In this document: positions 28,835-36,877 of the stretch, piece by piece
Numbering within the stretch: position 1 is the stretch's first letter
Layout of the letters: every line of letters begins with the position of its first letter
NCBI GenBank assembly: GCA_016193285.1
Contig: JACPSL010000018.1
Span: 91,535 to 155,534 of the forward strand
DNA from: Candidatus Melainabacteria bacterium
GTDB lineage: Bacteria > Cyanobacteriota > Vampirovibrionia > 2-02-FULL-35-15
DNA length: 64,000 nucleotides
Reading direction: 5' to 3'
Program-made: the position numbers and the translations under genes
The notes under the pieces: generated by a model
What the model was told of the DNA's origin: nothing
The model's input: the letters and a program-made list of their open reading frames with translations, nothing else
Database searches by the model: none

Positions 28835-29770
28835 CTAAACTATAGCAGGTCTTTTAAGATGGTTCATTTCAGGAAGTTTAAAGTTTATATTTTCTTCTTT
28901 TAATTGTAAGGTTTCTACTGGGGCAGCAAGTTTGTTTAGTAAAGTCTCTACAAGAATTTCCGGTGCAGATGCTCCTGAACTTACACCTACAGTTTTTCCA
29001 TATAATTTCTTAGACACTTCATATGTATATGGGTCAGGTACTAGTTCAGCTTCTGTACCTGCAAGCTTTGCAACTTCTACAAGGCGGCACGAGTTTGAAG
29101 AATTTCTGGATCCGATAATTAAAATATAATCAGTTAGTTTTGCTAATTCTTTAACTGCATCTTGCCTGTTTTGAGTAGCATAACAAATATCTTGTGCACA
29201 AGGAAGAGAAATTTCTTTGTATTTTTTCTTGAGAGCTTCAATAATTTCTTTTGTATCGTCTACTGATAAAGTTGTTTGTGTAGCAATAAAAACTTTTCCA
29301 ATATTATTTGCTAGAGATTTAACATCTAAAACTGAACCAACTAAAAAACAAGAATCTTTTGGTAAATGACTCATTGCACCAATTACCTCCTGATGTCCTT
29401 TATGTCCTATGTAAACAACTTTGCAATCTTTCTTCCAGGCATCAATCATCTCAAGATGAACTTTAATTACAAGTGGACATGTTGCATCAATAACTGTTAG
29501 ATTCCTGCTTTTTGCTTCTTCGAAAACTCTTACTTCAGAGCCATGAGCTGATAAAATCACACAGTTTCCATCTGGCACTTCATTAAGTTCGTCTACAAAA
29601 ATTACTCCACGTGACTCAAAATCTTTCTTTATATGCTCGTTGTGAACTATCTCGTGTCTAACATAAATAGGTGGACCTAAACTTTTAAGTGCTAAATTAA
29701 CAATGTCAATTGCCCTTATAACACCTGCACAAAATCCTCTAAGTGATGCTAAAACTACTTTTTTAACCAT
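28835..29770 (-). CDS. ispH: 4-hydroxy-3-methylbut-2-enyl diphosphate reductase
   Basis: RGFCAGV, IVHN, DATCPLV, GHQEV, QTTLS, DICYATQNRQ, SSNS. Confidence 0.96.
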   Translation of the reverse strand: MVKKVVLASLRGFCAGVIRAIDIVNLALKSLGPPIYVRHEIVHNEHIKKDFESRGVIFVDELNEVPDGNCVILSAHGSEVRVFEEAKSRNLTVIDATCPLVIKVHLEMIDAWKKDCKVVYIGHKGHQEVIGAMSHLPKDSCFLVGSVLDVKSLANNIGKVFIATQTTLSVDDTKEIIEALKKKYKEISLPCAQDICYATQNRQDAVKELAKLTDYILIIGSRNSSNSCRLVEVAKLAGTEAELVPDPYTYEVSKKLYGKTVGVSSGASAPEILVETLLNKLAAPVETLQLKEENINFKLPEMNHLKRPAIV

Positions 29771-29976
29771 AGCACTGGTATTTTACCATCCAAAAAAAGT
29801 TCCCAATTGTTATGCTCCTTTATACTATACTTGTTTTAATTTTTGTGATGATATACTACTTCCTTGTAGAAAAGCTCGTTTAAATTTTCAGGAACCAGGC
29901 TTAAATGGTTTTTGAAGGGGTCTAATAAGAAGGCAATTTTTAAAAGGTTGCTTCATTGTAATTAAGGAGTGGTAAT

Positions 29977-30381
29977 ATGAAAAAAAACTTGTTTTTACTT
30001 TTACTTCTAGTTAGCATTGTGTTTCCAATGAGCACAATAAAAGCTAATGCTGCGGTAGAAGATATTGTTAAACAAACTACTGGAGTAGTCCTAGGAGTTG
30101 GTGCTGGACCAGTAGTTGGTGGCTTGCGTGGTTTCCTAAAAGGGTTGCTATGGGGAAAAGACGCAACTGCTGAAGCATTAGGGGACAAAGACGGTGTAGC
30201 TCAACAAGCAGTTGGTTATGCAACTGGTGGTGTAGTTGGTGCAGCTGCAGGTGGAGTTTCTGGAGTACTCATGGGTGCTTATGACGGCATTAAATATGGC
30301 TGGGATAAACCATGGTCACATGAAAACTTTAGCTGTGGTGGAAAAGGCTTAACTGATTATGATCCATTTAAGTGGGAATAA
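29977..30381 (+). CDS. secreted glycine-zipper protein
   Basis: Signal peptide; GxxxG arrays; paralog of 46375-46845. Confidence 0.7.
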   Translation: MKKNLFLLLLLVSIVFPMSTIKANAAVEDIVKQTTGVVLGVGAGPVVGGLRGFLKGLLWGKDATAEALGDKDGVAQQAVGYATGGVVGAAAGGVSGVLMGAYDGIKYGWDKPWSHENFSCGGKGLTDYDPFKWE

Positions 30382-30410
30382 TTAGTTAGACTGAAGTAGT
30401 AAAAAATATT

Positions 30411-30446
30411 AAAAAAAGAGGCTTACAAATAAGTCTCTTTTTTTTT
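30411..30446 (+). terminator. intrinsic (likely bidirectional) terminator
   Basis: A-tract, AGAGGCTTA/TAAGTCTCT stem, T-tract. Confidence 0.8.
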
Positions 30447-30572
30447 CATGCTTTTAGTCTAGGAAACATTTACCACATTTTATCCAGCACTAAACTTATT
30501 AGTCGATTTAACTTTTATGTAAAAGTGCGAATAATTACTTTATAACAGTAATCATTGCAAGCGAGGAAAAAT

Positions 30573-31166
30573 ATGTTTAAGCATTTAACAAGTTTAATTT
30601 TAGCCTTGATTTTTAGTATACAGTTTATTTGTACAAAGACATTTGCAGAAGTTATAGTTCCTTTAAATGTTACTGTTAATGGATCGTTTGTTATAACTGA
30701 TGCTGCAAATGACAGTATGTCAGGTACAAATCCAACTATAAATGTAAACCTAAATGTTACACCAGATATTGGTGCAGGTACAGTTAATGGTCAAGCTAAT
30801 TTTAGAATAAGAACAAATCGAACTACATGGAGATTAACTACACAAAAAACAGCTACAAATACAGGAGGTACAGGACTTGCAGATACTGATGTTTCTCTTA
30901 TAGTTTCAAAGTCAGCTGGATCTACTGGAAATGCAAATGCTGGTAATCTTGTTGCACCATTTAATGCTCCAACTACAATAGCTTCAATACCAACTGCTAC
31001 AGCTATAGATGTAATTAGTGGTACAGCAAAAACATCAGGTGCAAAAGATGGTACAAATACAAATAACTATTTTCAGGTAAACACAACTTATGGTGTGCAG
31101 CCGGATTTCTTTTATTCACCCGGGACATTTAGTACAACAATTACATACAATTTAGTAAGTCCATAA
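30573..31166 (+). CDS. pilin-like subunit 1 of a chaperone-usher-like system
   Basis: Signal peptide, VPLNVTVNG alternating strand, C-terminal PGTFSTTITYNLVSP; ATG 30573 follows GAGGA. Confidence 0.7.
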   Translation: MFKHLTSLILALIFSIQFICTKTFAEVIVPLNVTVNGSFVITDAANDSMSGTNPTINVNLNVTPDIGAGTVNGQANFRIRTNRTTWRLTTQKTATNTGGTGLADTDVSLIVSKSAGSTGNANAGNLVAPFNAPTTIASIPTATAIDVISGTAKTSGAKDGTNTNNYFQVNTTYGVQPDFFYSPGTFSTTITYNLVSP

Positions 31167-31173
31167 CGTTTTT

Positions 31174-31252
31174 ATAGAAACAAGGTCACCTTGTCTCTTT
31201 AGTACAAATATCCTTTTATTTAAGTAGAGGCAAGGTAACCTCGTCTCTACTT
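31174..31252. repeat. pair of REP-like palindromes between pilin 1 and the usher-like gene
   Basis: atAGAAACAAGGtcaCCTTGTCTCT (31174-31198) and aaGTAGAGGCAAGGtaaCCTCGTCTCTACtt (31222-31252). Confidence 0.75.
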
Positions 31253-31280
31253 TGAACATTTGTGGAATGAACATCTGTAG

Positions 31281-33947
31281 ATGAGATATTTATTAAAAAA
31301 AATATTCTTGTTAATATTGCTTTTACTTGTGTGTAATATTTGTTTTACTTTTAAGCCTTTATGTGCTCAGTTAATGACACCAGCTAATCAGTTAGAACCA
31401 CCAGAAGTAATATTAAACAACCAAAAAATAATTTTTACCAGGAAACCTATTCTTGACAATGAAGGCTGGCTTTTTCCACTGGAAGAAGTAGCAGTAAAAC
31501 TTCAAGACAAAGTTAGTGTAGATATTGTAGGTGGCACAATTACAATTCAAAGATATAGAGATAAATCAATTGTTGAGCTAAACGTAAGAAATGGAACTGT
31601 AACGGTAAACAACAGCCCGTTTAAAACTCTTTTTGGCTATAACAGAATTATTTTAGGACAAGATGTACAAATGGTTCCTACAAGTGCATTAGTAATTTTA
31701 CTTGGATTAGCTGTTAAAGATAATGATGAAGGAAAGTTAATTTTAAATAATACAATTGGAACAGATTCTACTTATCTTGGAACTATACAGCCACTCTCTC
31801 GAAAAGGCGTTAAAGATCTTTTAGTAGATTACTTAACAGTAACTAATTCATTTAACTGGTTAAAAACTCAGGAGCAATACCAAAGAAGAACAGAGATAAA
31901 CAGTGGGTTTCATAATGATGACTATACTCTTACATCTGATTTTTTAGTAAAAGCAGGTACAGATGCACCACTTGTAAATTTTGATACTGCTAATGTTTCA
32001 CTTTATAAAAATGCATCGCCATTTCAGTTTCACCTTGGTGATAGGCCTCTTAGCTTAGTTAAATCTCCTTTGCTTGGTGGCATTACACTCCGTGGTATAC
32101 AAATTCAAACAGATGGGAAACTAAAAGATAGTAAGTTTGTTTTTGGTGCAGGTGTTTTACCAAGTGATGGTAAAGTATTAGGCAAAGGACTTTCTTTTGT
32201 AAGGTATGGAAGAATTGCTGAGATAGCTGAATGGTCTACCTCTCCAAATAAAGACTGGCAGTTTTCTATAGGTGAAGCTACATACAATGACTTAATACCA
32301 AATCAGTTAATAATGTCAAGGCAAACAGGAGCACTTCTTGCAGCAAGTATTACAAAAACAGGAAAATATATTGAAGGAGATTCTAATTTTGCATTTGGAA
32401 CTTCAAGTGACATTCTAACTAAAGAAAATTTCTCAGGACCTGGTACTGATTTATTAATAAGGCTTAAGCCAAAAAAATATTTTAGTTTGTTTACTAAAGG
32501 AGCATATTATTCTCCTGGATTTTATCCACTTTCAGGTAACCCTTACTTTCATGACAGGAATGAAGCTACTGTTGGTTTTAATTTAACTCCATCAAGATCA
32601 AATATAGGATTTAGTCACTCTGTAGGAAAATACAATTTTAATGCTAATAGACCAAATACCTATAGTGTTAGCAATCTTTTTGCTTCTACAACGCCTTTTA
32701 AAAAAGGACCAACACTCCTTGCAAGTTATTCCCAAAACAAGTCACAAATTAGCTCAACAAGAGCAGTTGATAATCTTTTGTTTCCAATAAATAAAACAAA
32801 TATTTCATCTATTGATCTTGATACCTTAATAGAACGTAGAACTAATTCTTTTTTTAGAGCAAGTTTACTTAAGAGCTGGGCAACAGCAAATGTAAGTTCA
32901 AGTATTAATTATTTTACATTTGCAAATAACAATCCTTTAAAAGCTTCAATCTTACAGAATCAACCTCTGACAAAACTTGTAACTTATGATTTTAATTTCA
33001 ATAAGTATTTAAATAAAGTTTTTGGGTTACAGACTTATTTTCAAGGTAGTGAATTATATAAGCAAATTAAATTAGGTTTTAATTTAGGTCCAGTATTTAA
33101 CAATAAACTAAATCTCCAGTTTTTAACTGGTGCATTAATGCAAACAAAAAAAGAACTAAGCCCAATCTATACAGTTCGTTTAAATTATCAAGTAAACAGT
33201 ATGAATCAGTATAATTTAGACCTTGATAAAACTCCTTATTTTACACAAGTATCTGCTCTTTGGCAGTATAATTTACGCCCTAAAAGAGCAGGAACATTAC
33301 CACAAGTTGGTGAGGCTCAATCGGTTGGAAGAATAAAAGGCAGGGTTATTGTACTTGAAGAATCAAATAAAGAGCAAGCTATTAGTAATAGAATTGTTTT
33401 ACCTTCTACACATGAGAGAGGATTAGCTAATGTAAGGATTCACTTGGGAAATTACACTATTATGACTGATGAAAAAGGTTATTTTGAATTCCCAAGTCTT
33501 ACAAATGGTATACATACTGTCCGAGTTGAATATTCTGATCTCCCATCATATTTAACTTCTATTACTCCTGAAAAAGTTGATATTAAAGTAGAATCTGGAA
33601 AAGAAACAAACTTTAATTTTGTTCTAGCTTATTTTGGTGAAGTAAAAGGAAAAATTAAATTAGCAAATGAACCACTAGTGAAACCTGAAGAAGAGCCAGA
33701 GTTACAAGACATTAGGGTTTATCTTGAAGGTACTGATGTTGAGACACTTACTAATATAGATGGTTCATTTGTATTAGGAGATGTTAAACCAGGAAAATAT
33801 AAATTAAAAGTTGATCCAGATTTTCTTCCAGATATATTAGAAGCTTCTCAAGAATTAGAATTAGAAGTTCATGGAAAACAAAAAATTGAAAATATTCAGT
33901 TGCCTATTAGATTTAAATCAAAACAAACTGAAATAAAAGAATTTTAG
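31281..33947 (+). CDS. usher-like outer-membrane protein: N-terminal copper-amine-oxidase-N/stalk-like domain, beta-barrel, two C-terminal carboxypeptidase-regulatory/CnaB-like domains
   Basis: KPILDNEGWLFPLEEVA; HLGD...ITLRGIQ; amphipathic beta strands; TDEKGYFEF..L..G.HTVRV and TNIDGSFVLGDVKPGKYKLKVD. Confidence 0.65.
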   Translation: MRYLLKKIFLLILLLLVCNICFTFKPLCAQLMTPANQLEPPEVILNNQKIIFTRKPILDNEGWLFPLEEVAVKLQDKVSVDIVGGTITIQRYRDKSIVELNVRNGTVTVNNSPFKTLFGYNRIILGQDVQMVPTSALVILLGLAVKDNDEGKLILNNTIGTDSTYLGTIQPLSRKGVKDLLVDYLTVTNSFNWLKTQEQYQRRTEINSGFHNDDYTLTSDFLVKAGTDAPLVNFDTANVSLYKNASPFQFHLGDRPLSLVKSPLLGGITLRGIQIQTDGKLKDSKFVFGAGVLPSDGKVLGKGLSFVRYGRIAEIAEWSTSPNKDWQFSIGEATYNDLIPNQLIMSRQTGALLAASITKTGKYIEGDSNFAFGTSSDILTKENFSGPGTDLLIRLKPKKYFSLFTKGAYYSPGFYPLSGNPYFHDRNEATVGFNLTPSRSNIGFSHSVGKYNFNANRPNTYSVSNLFASTTPFKKGPTLLASYSQNKSQISSTRAVDNLLFPINKTNISSIDLDTLIERRTNSFFRASLLKSWATANVSSSINYFTFANNNPLKASILQNQPLTKLVTYDFNFNKYLNKVFGLQTYFQGSELYKQIKLGFNLGPVFNNKLNLQFLTGALMQTKKELSPIYTVRLNYQVNSMNQYNLDLDKTPYFTQVSALWQYNLRPKRAGTLPQVGEAQSVGRIKGRVIVLEESNKEQAISNRIVLPSTHERGLANVRIHLGNYTIMTDEKGYFEFPSLTNGIHTVRVEYSDLPSYLTSITPEKVDIKVESGKETNFNFVLAYFGEVKGKIKLANEPLVKPEEEPELQDIRVYLEGTDVETLTNIDGSFVLGDVKPGKYKLKVDPDFLPDILEASQELELEVHGKQKIENIQLPIRFKSKQTEIKEF

Positions 33948-33988
33948 GTTTTTATTTCTAGAGTAATAGTATAAAGAGCCCTAACTTT

Positions 33989-34015
33989 TAAATATTAGTA
34001 ACTTCGTACCGATAA
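33989..34015 (+). promoter_or_regulatory. sigma-28 (FliA/SigD)-type promoter upstream of pilin 2
   Basis: TAAA-N15-ACCGATAA versus consensus TAAA-N15-GCCGATAA. Confidence 0.6.
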
Positions 34016-34068
34016 CAAACTCGGGAGAGAAATAATTACGAGAAAGACTTGGACTTAAGTCTAAAACA

Positions 34069-34089
34069 GATTGTTTTTCTTATGGCTGG
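34069..34089 (+). repeat. 21-bp inverted repeat, left arm (5' leader of pilin 2)
   Basis: GATTGTTTTTCTTATGGCTGG is the exact reverse complement of 35652-35672. Confidence 0.9.
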
Positions 34090-34139
34090 GAAAAATTTTC
34101 TTTTGTAATTTTAAATCTGCTTCCAGAAAGGAGCAAACT

Positions 34140-34742
34140 ATGTTTAAAGAAATCATGAGACTATTAGCAGTAATAGCTATTCTCTGTTCTGCAAACATTG
34201 TTTGTGTAGATAGTGCATTTGCAGCAGGTACTGTACCATTATCAATTACTGTTAATGGTTCACTTGTAATCTCAGATGCTGATAATGACACTATGGCAGG
34301 AAAAGATCCTACAAAGAATGTTAGTTTAACAATTACACCTGATCTTGGCCACACTTTACAAAGTGGTAGTGCTAATTTTAGGCTAAGAACTAACCGTTCA
34401 ACGTGGAGGTTAACTGCTCAGCGTACAGCAACAAATGCTGGTGGTACTGCAATTGCAGATAGTGATGTCAAGGTTGACATTAGTAAATCTGCAGGTTCAA
34501 CAGCAAGTGCTGCCGCAGGTTCTTTAGTTGCTCCGTTTACTGCACAAACTGACCTGACTTCTATTACTACAGCTAGTCCAGTTGATGTTATTAGTGGAAC
34601 AGCTAAAACATCTACAGCGCTAGATGCAAGTAATACAAACAACTGGTTTCAAGTTAATACTACGTATAGCTTGCAACCAGACTTTTTCTACGCACCAGGT
34701 ACGTTTAGTACAACCATAACGTACAATTTTGTGTCACCGTAG
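34140..34742 (+). CDS. pilin-like subunit 2 (candidate major subunit)
   Basis: AAAGGAG SD before ATG 34140; VPLSITVNG...PDFFYAPGTFSTTITYNFVSP. Confidence 0.7.
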   Translation: MFKEIMRLLAVIAILCSANIVCVDSAFAAGTVPLSITVNGSLVISDADNDTMAGKDPTKNVSLTITPDLGHTLQSGSANFRLRTNRSTWRLTAQRTATNAGGTAIADSDVKVDISKSAGSTASAAAGSLVAPFTAQTDLTSITTASPVDVISGTAKTSTALDASNTNNWFQVNTTYSLQPDFFYAPGTFSTTITYNFVSP

Positions 34743-34749
34743 GAGAAAT

Positions 34750-34821
34750 AGCAATCAGCAGTCAGCAGTCAGCAATCAGCAAAATAAAAGAGCTGATAGC
34801 TGAATGCTGATAGCTGATAGC
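34750..34821. repeat. inverted heptamer arrays (AGCARTC)n / (AGCTGAT)n forming a hairpin after pilin 2
   Basis: agcaatc agcagtc agcagtc agcaatc ... agctgat agctgaa tgctgat agctgat. Confidence 0.85.
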
Positions 34822-34936
34822 TTGTTAATCCTAGACTTATCAAATGATTTTTATTTTTTCAGTACTAAATTACTAAGACTTTTTAATTTGATAAAAATAA
34901 TTTTGGGCATGTTATTCTTGCAACAAAAAAACACAT

Positions 34937-35542
34937 ATGAAATTCAATTTTCAGATCATTTATTTGTTCCTAGTGGTATTAATAGTTTTATCATTGATAC
35001 CAATAAAATCTTTTTCTCAATCTGCAACAGTACCAGTCAATATAACTGTAAACGGGACTTTTACAATTTCAGATGCTGCAAATGATTCAAACTCTGGAAA
35101 AAATCCCACCATAAATGTAAATTTATCTGTCACTCCTGATCTTGGAGCTGCACCTGCAACTGGAGATGCTAATTTTAGAATTCGTACAAATAGATCTACA
35201 TGGAGACTTACTGCACAAAGAACATTAGAGATTGATATAGGACCTACAAATATTACTTCAAAAGATATTGGACTACTTGTTACTACTCAAGCAGGAATTA
35301 ATGCAAATGCTGCAGCAGGAACATTAGTACCACCATTTAACAGTCAAACAAATTTAAATGCAATATTAACTTCTTCCCCAGTAGATGTCATAAGTGGCAC
35401 AGCAAAAACATCTACTGCCAGAGATACTACAAATACCAATAACTATTTTCAGGTTAATACTCGCTATAGTATTCTTCCTGACTTTTTTTACCAACCTGGT
35501 ATTTGGAGAACAACCATTACTTATAATCTTGTAAGCCCGTAA
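34937..35542 (+). CDS. pilin-like subunit 3
   Basis: VPVNITVNG...ANFRIRTNRSTWRLTAQR...PDFFYQPGIWRTTITYNLVSP. Confidence 0.7.
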   Translation: MKFNFQIIYLFLVVLIVLSLIPIKSFSQSATVPVNITVNGTFTISDAANDSNSGKNPTINVNLSVTPDLGAAPATGDANFRIRTNRSTWRLTAQRTLEIDIGPTNITSKDIGLLVTTQAGINANAAAGTLVPPFNSQTNLNAILTSSPVDVISGTAKTSTARDTTNTNNYFQVNTRYSILPDFFYQPGIWRTTITYNLVSP

Positions 35543-35651
35543 GCCTCTTTAATAGTAATAACCCTAAGTACTATCGCTTTTTATTTAGGTTCTTTTAACA
35601 TATTTATCCGATAGTATTTGTATACTAGAACCAAAGGACTAAATTCTAGTT

Positions 35652-35672
35652 CCAGCCATAAGAAAAACAATC
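35652..35672 (+). repeat. 21-bp inverted repeat, right arm (ends 4 nt before the pilin 4 start codon)
   Basis: CCAGCCATAAGAAAAACAATC. Confidence 0.9.
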
Positions 35673-35676
35673 GCTC

Positions 35677-36288
35677 ATGACCTTGAAAAATTACATAGCA
35701 AGGATATTAATTCTTTTTACTGCTAGCGCATGCATTTTTATTTCTTCAAGTAATTTAAATGTGAAGTCAAGCCAAGCAACAATACCTTTAAATATTGTTG
35801 TCCTTGGAAAGCTGGTTATAACTGATGCAATTAATGACAATAGTCTTAGTAAAGACCCTACTATAAATGTCTTGCTGAGGCTGACACCCGATTTAAGTAA
35901 CTCAGTAGTTTCAGGAAGTGCTGCAATAAGAATAAGAACAAATTTAAACAAGTGGAAACTTACTGCTCAAAGAACAAATATTACTAATTCTCTTCAAATA
36001 GATCCAAGTGATATATCAATAACTTATACAACTCAAACAGGCTCAAAAGGAAACCCAAATGCTGCTAGTTTGAATCCTCCTTTTGATATGGCAACAAACT
36101 TAAGTCAGATTTTAACTAGCTTTCCTACTGAAGTCTTAATTGGTAACAGTAAAACATCACTTGATAAGGAGCCTGATAATAAAAACAACTGGTTTCAATT
36201 AACTTCAAATTATAGTATCCTGCCTGACTTTTTCTATGACATAGGGGAATTAAATACTACGATTAGTTATAGTTTAGTAAGTCCATAA
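35677..36288 (+). CDS. pilin-like subunit 4
   Basis: IPLNIVVLG...IRIRTN..KWKLTAQR...PDFFYDIGELNTTISYSLVSP. Confidence 0.7.
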   Translation: MTLKNYIARILILFTASACIFISSSNLNVKSSQATIPLNIVVLGKLVITDAINDNSLSKDPTINVLLRLTPDLSNSVVSGSAAIRIRTNLNKWKLTAQRTNITNSLQIDPSDISITYTTQTGSKGNPNAASLNPPFDMATNLSQILTSFPTEVLIGNSKTSLDKEPDNKNNWFQLTSNYSILPDFFYDIGELNTTISYSLVSP

Positions 36289-36317
36289 ATAAGAACATAT
36301 AATAATATTGATTGTAG

Positions 36318-36869
36318 ATGCCCAAAGCTTTTTATATATTTTTCTTTGCTTTAATATTTTTCATTGCCTTTTCAGGTTGTGCTTTAGCCTGTCTGTCATT
36401 TACTGATGACTATAATTTTCCAAATCCTGTATTAAATGCAAACTTTAATATTTTGCCAGATGTTAGTCCTTTTACTGAATGTTGGACTGGTGTTTTTAGA
36501 ATAAGAAGTAAACAAAATGGCTGGCGTCTAATTGCAAGTAGAGAAGGTCCAATGCCATTACAAGCTAGTGGTGCTCCAGCTGATAATGTTAAAGCTAGTG
36601 ATGTAACGCTTGATTTTTCAATAAAAAGCTTTGGGCAAGCTCCACCGAACGGTGCTGTTTTAGTTTCTCCATTTTCTTCAATAACAAATCTGTCTTCAAT
36701 TCAGTCAGGGACTTTTATTGTTTCAGGTATAGCAAAATCCAGTAATAGTTGTTCATCTAACAATCCAAGTTTTTATAGACTTACAAAAAACCTTTGTTTG
36801 TTTCATGATTTTGTATTTAATCCAGGGGAATATAATGGACAAGTGTCATATATTTTAGTGGCACCGTAG
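36318..36869 (+). CDS. divergent pilin-like subunit 5, Cys-containing, lacks the N-terminal donor-like strand
   Basis: FRIRS..NGWRL, GAVLVSPF, DFVFNPGEYNGQVSYILVAP align with subunits 1-4. Confidence 0.65.
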   Translation: MPKAFYIFFFALIFFIAFSGCALACLSFTDDYNFPNPVLNANFNILPDVSPFTECWTGVFRIRSKQNGWRLIASREGPMPLQASGAPADNVKASDVTLDFSIKSFGQAPPNGAVLVSPFSSITNLSSIQSGTFIVSGIAKSSNSCSSNNPSFYRLTKNLCLFHDFVFNPGEYNGQVSYILVAP

Positions 36870-36877
36870 GAGAAGGT

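Noticed and set aside
34071..34139. Longer N-terminus for pilin 2 given by the ORF track
   Set aside because: The SD and signal peptide fit ATG 34140; the upstream part is better read as 5' leader
34750..34821. Possible CRISPR array in the short repeat clusters (also 43231-43297)
   Set aside because: Units are 7 nt and contiguous with no unique spacers; no cas genes in the window
34804..35085. 93-aa ORF beginning MLIADS
   Set aside because: Starts inside the heptamer array and overlaps pilin 3 out of frame
30573..36869. Pilin paralogs as DGR or shufflon variable cassettes
   Set aside because: Each is a complete gene with its own signal peptide; divergence is spread throughout and not adenine-specific; no reverse transcriptase or invertase in the window
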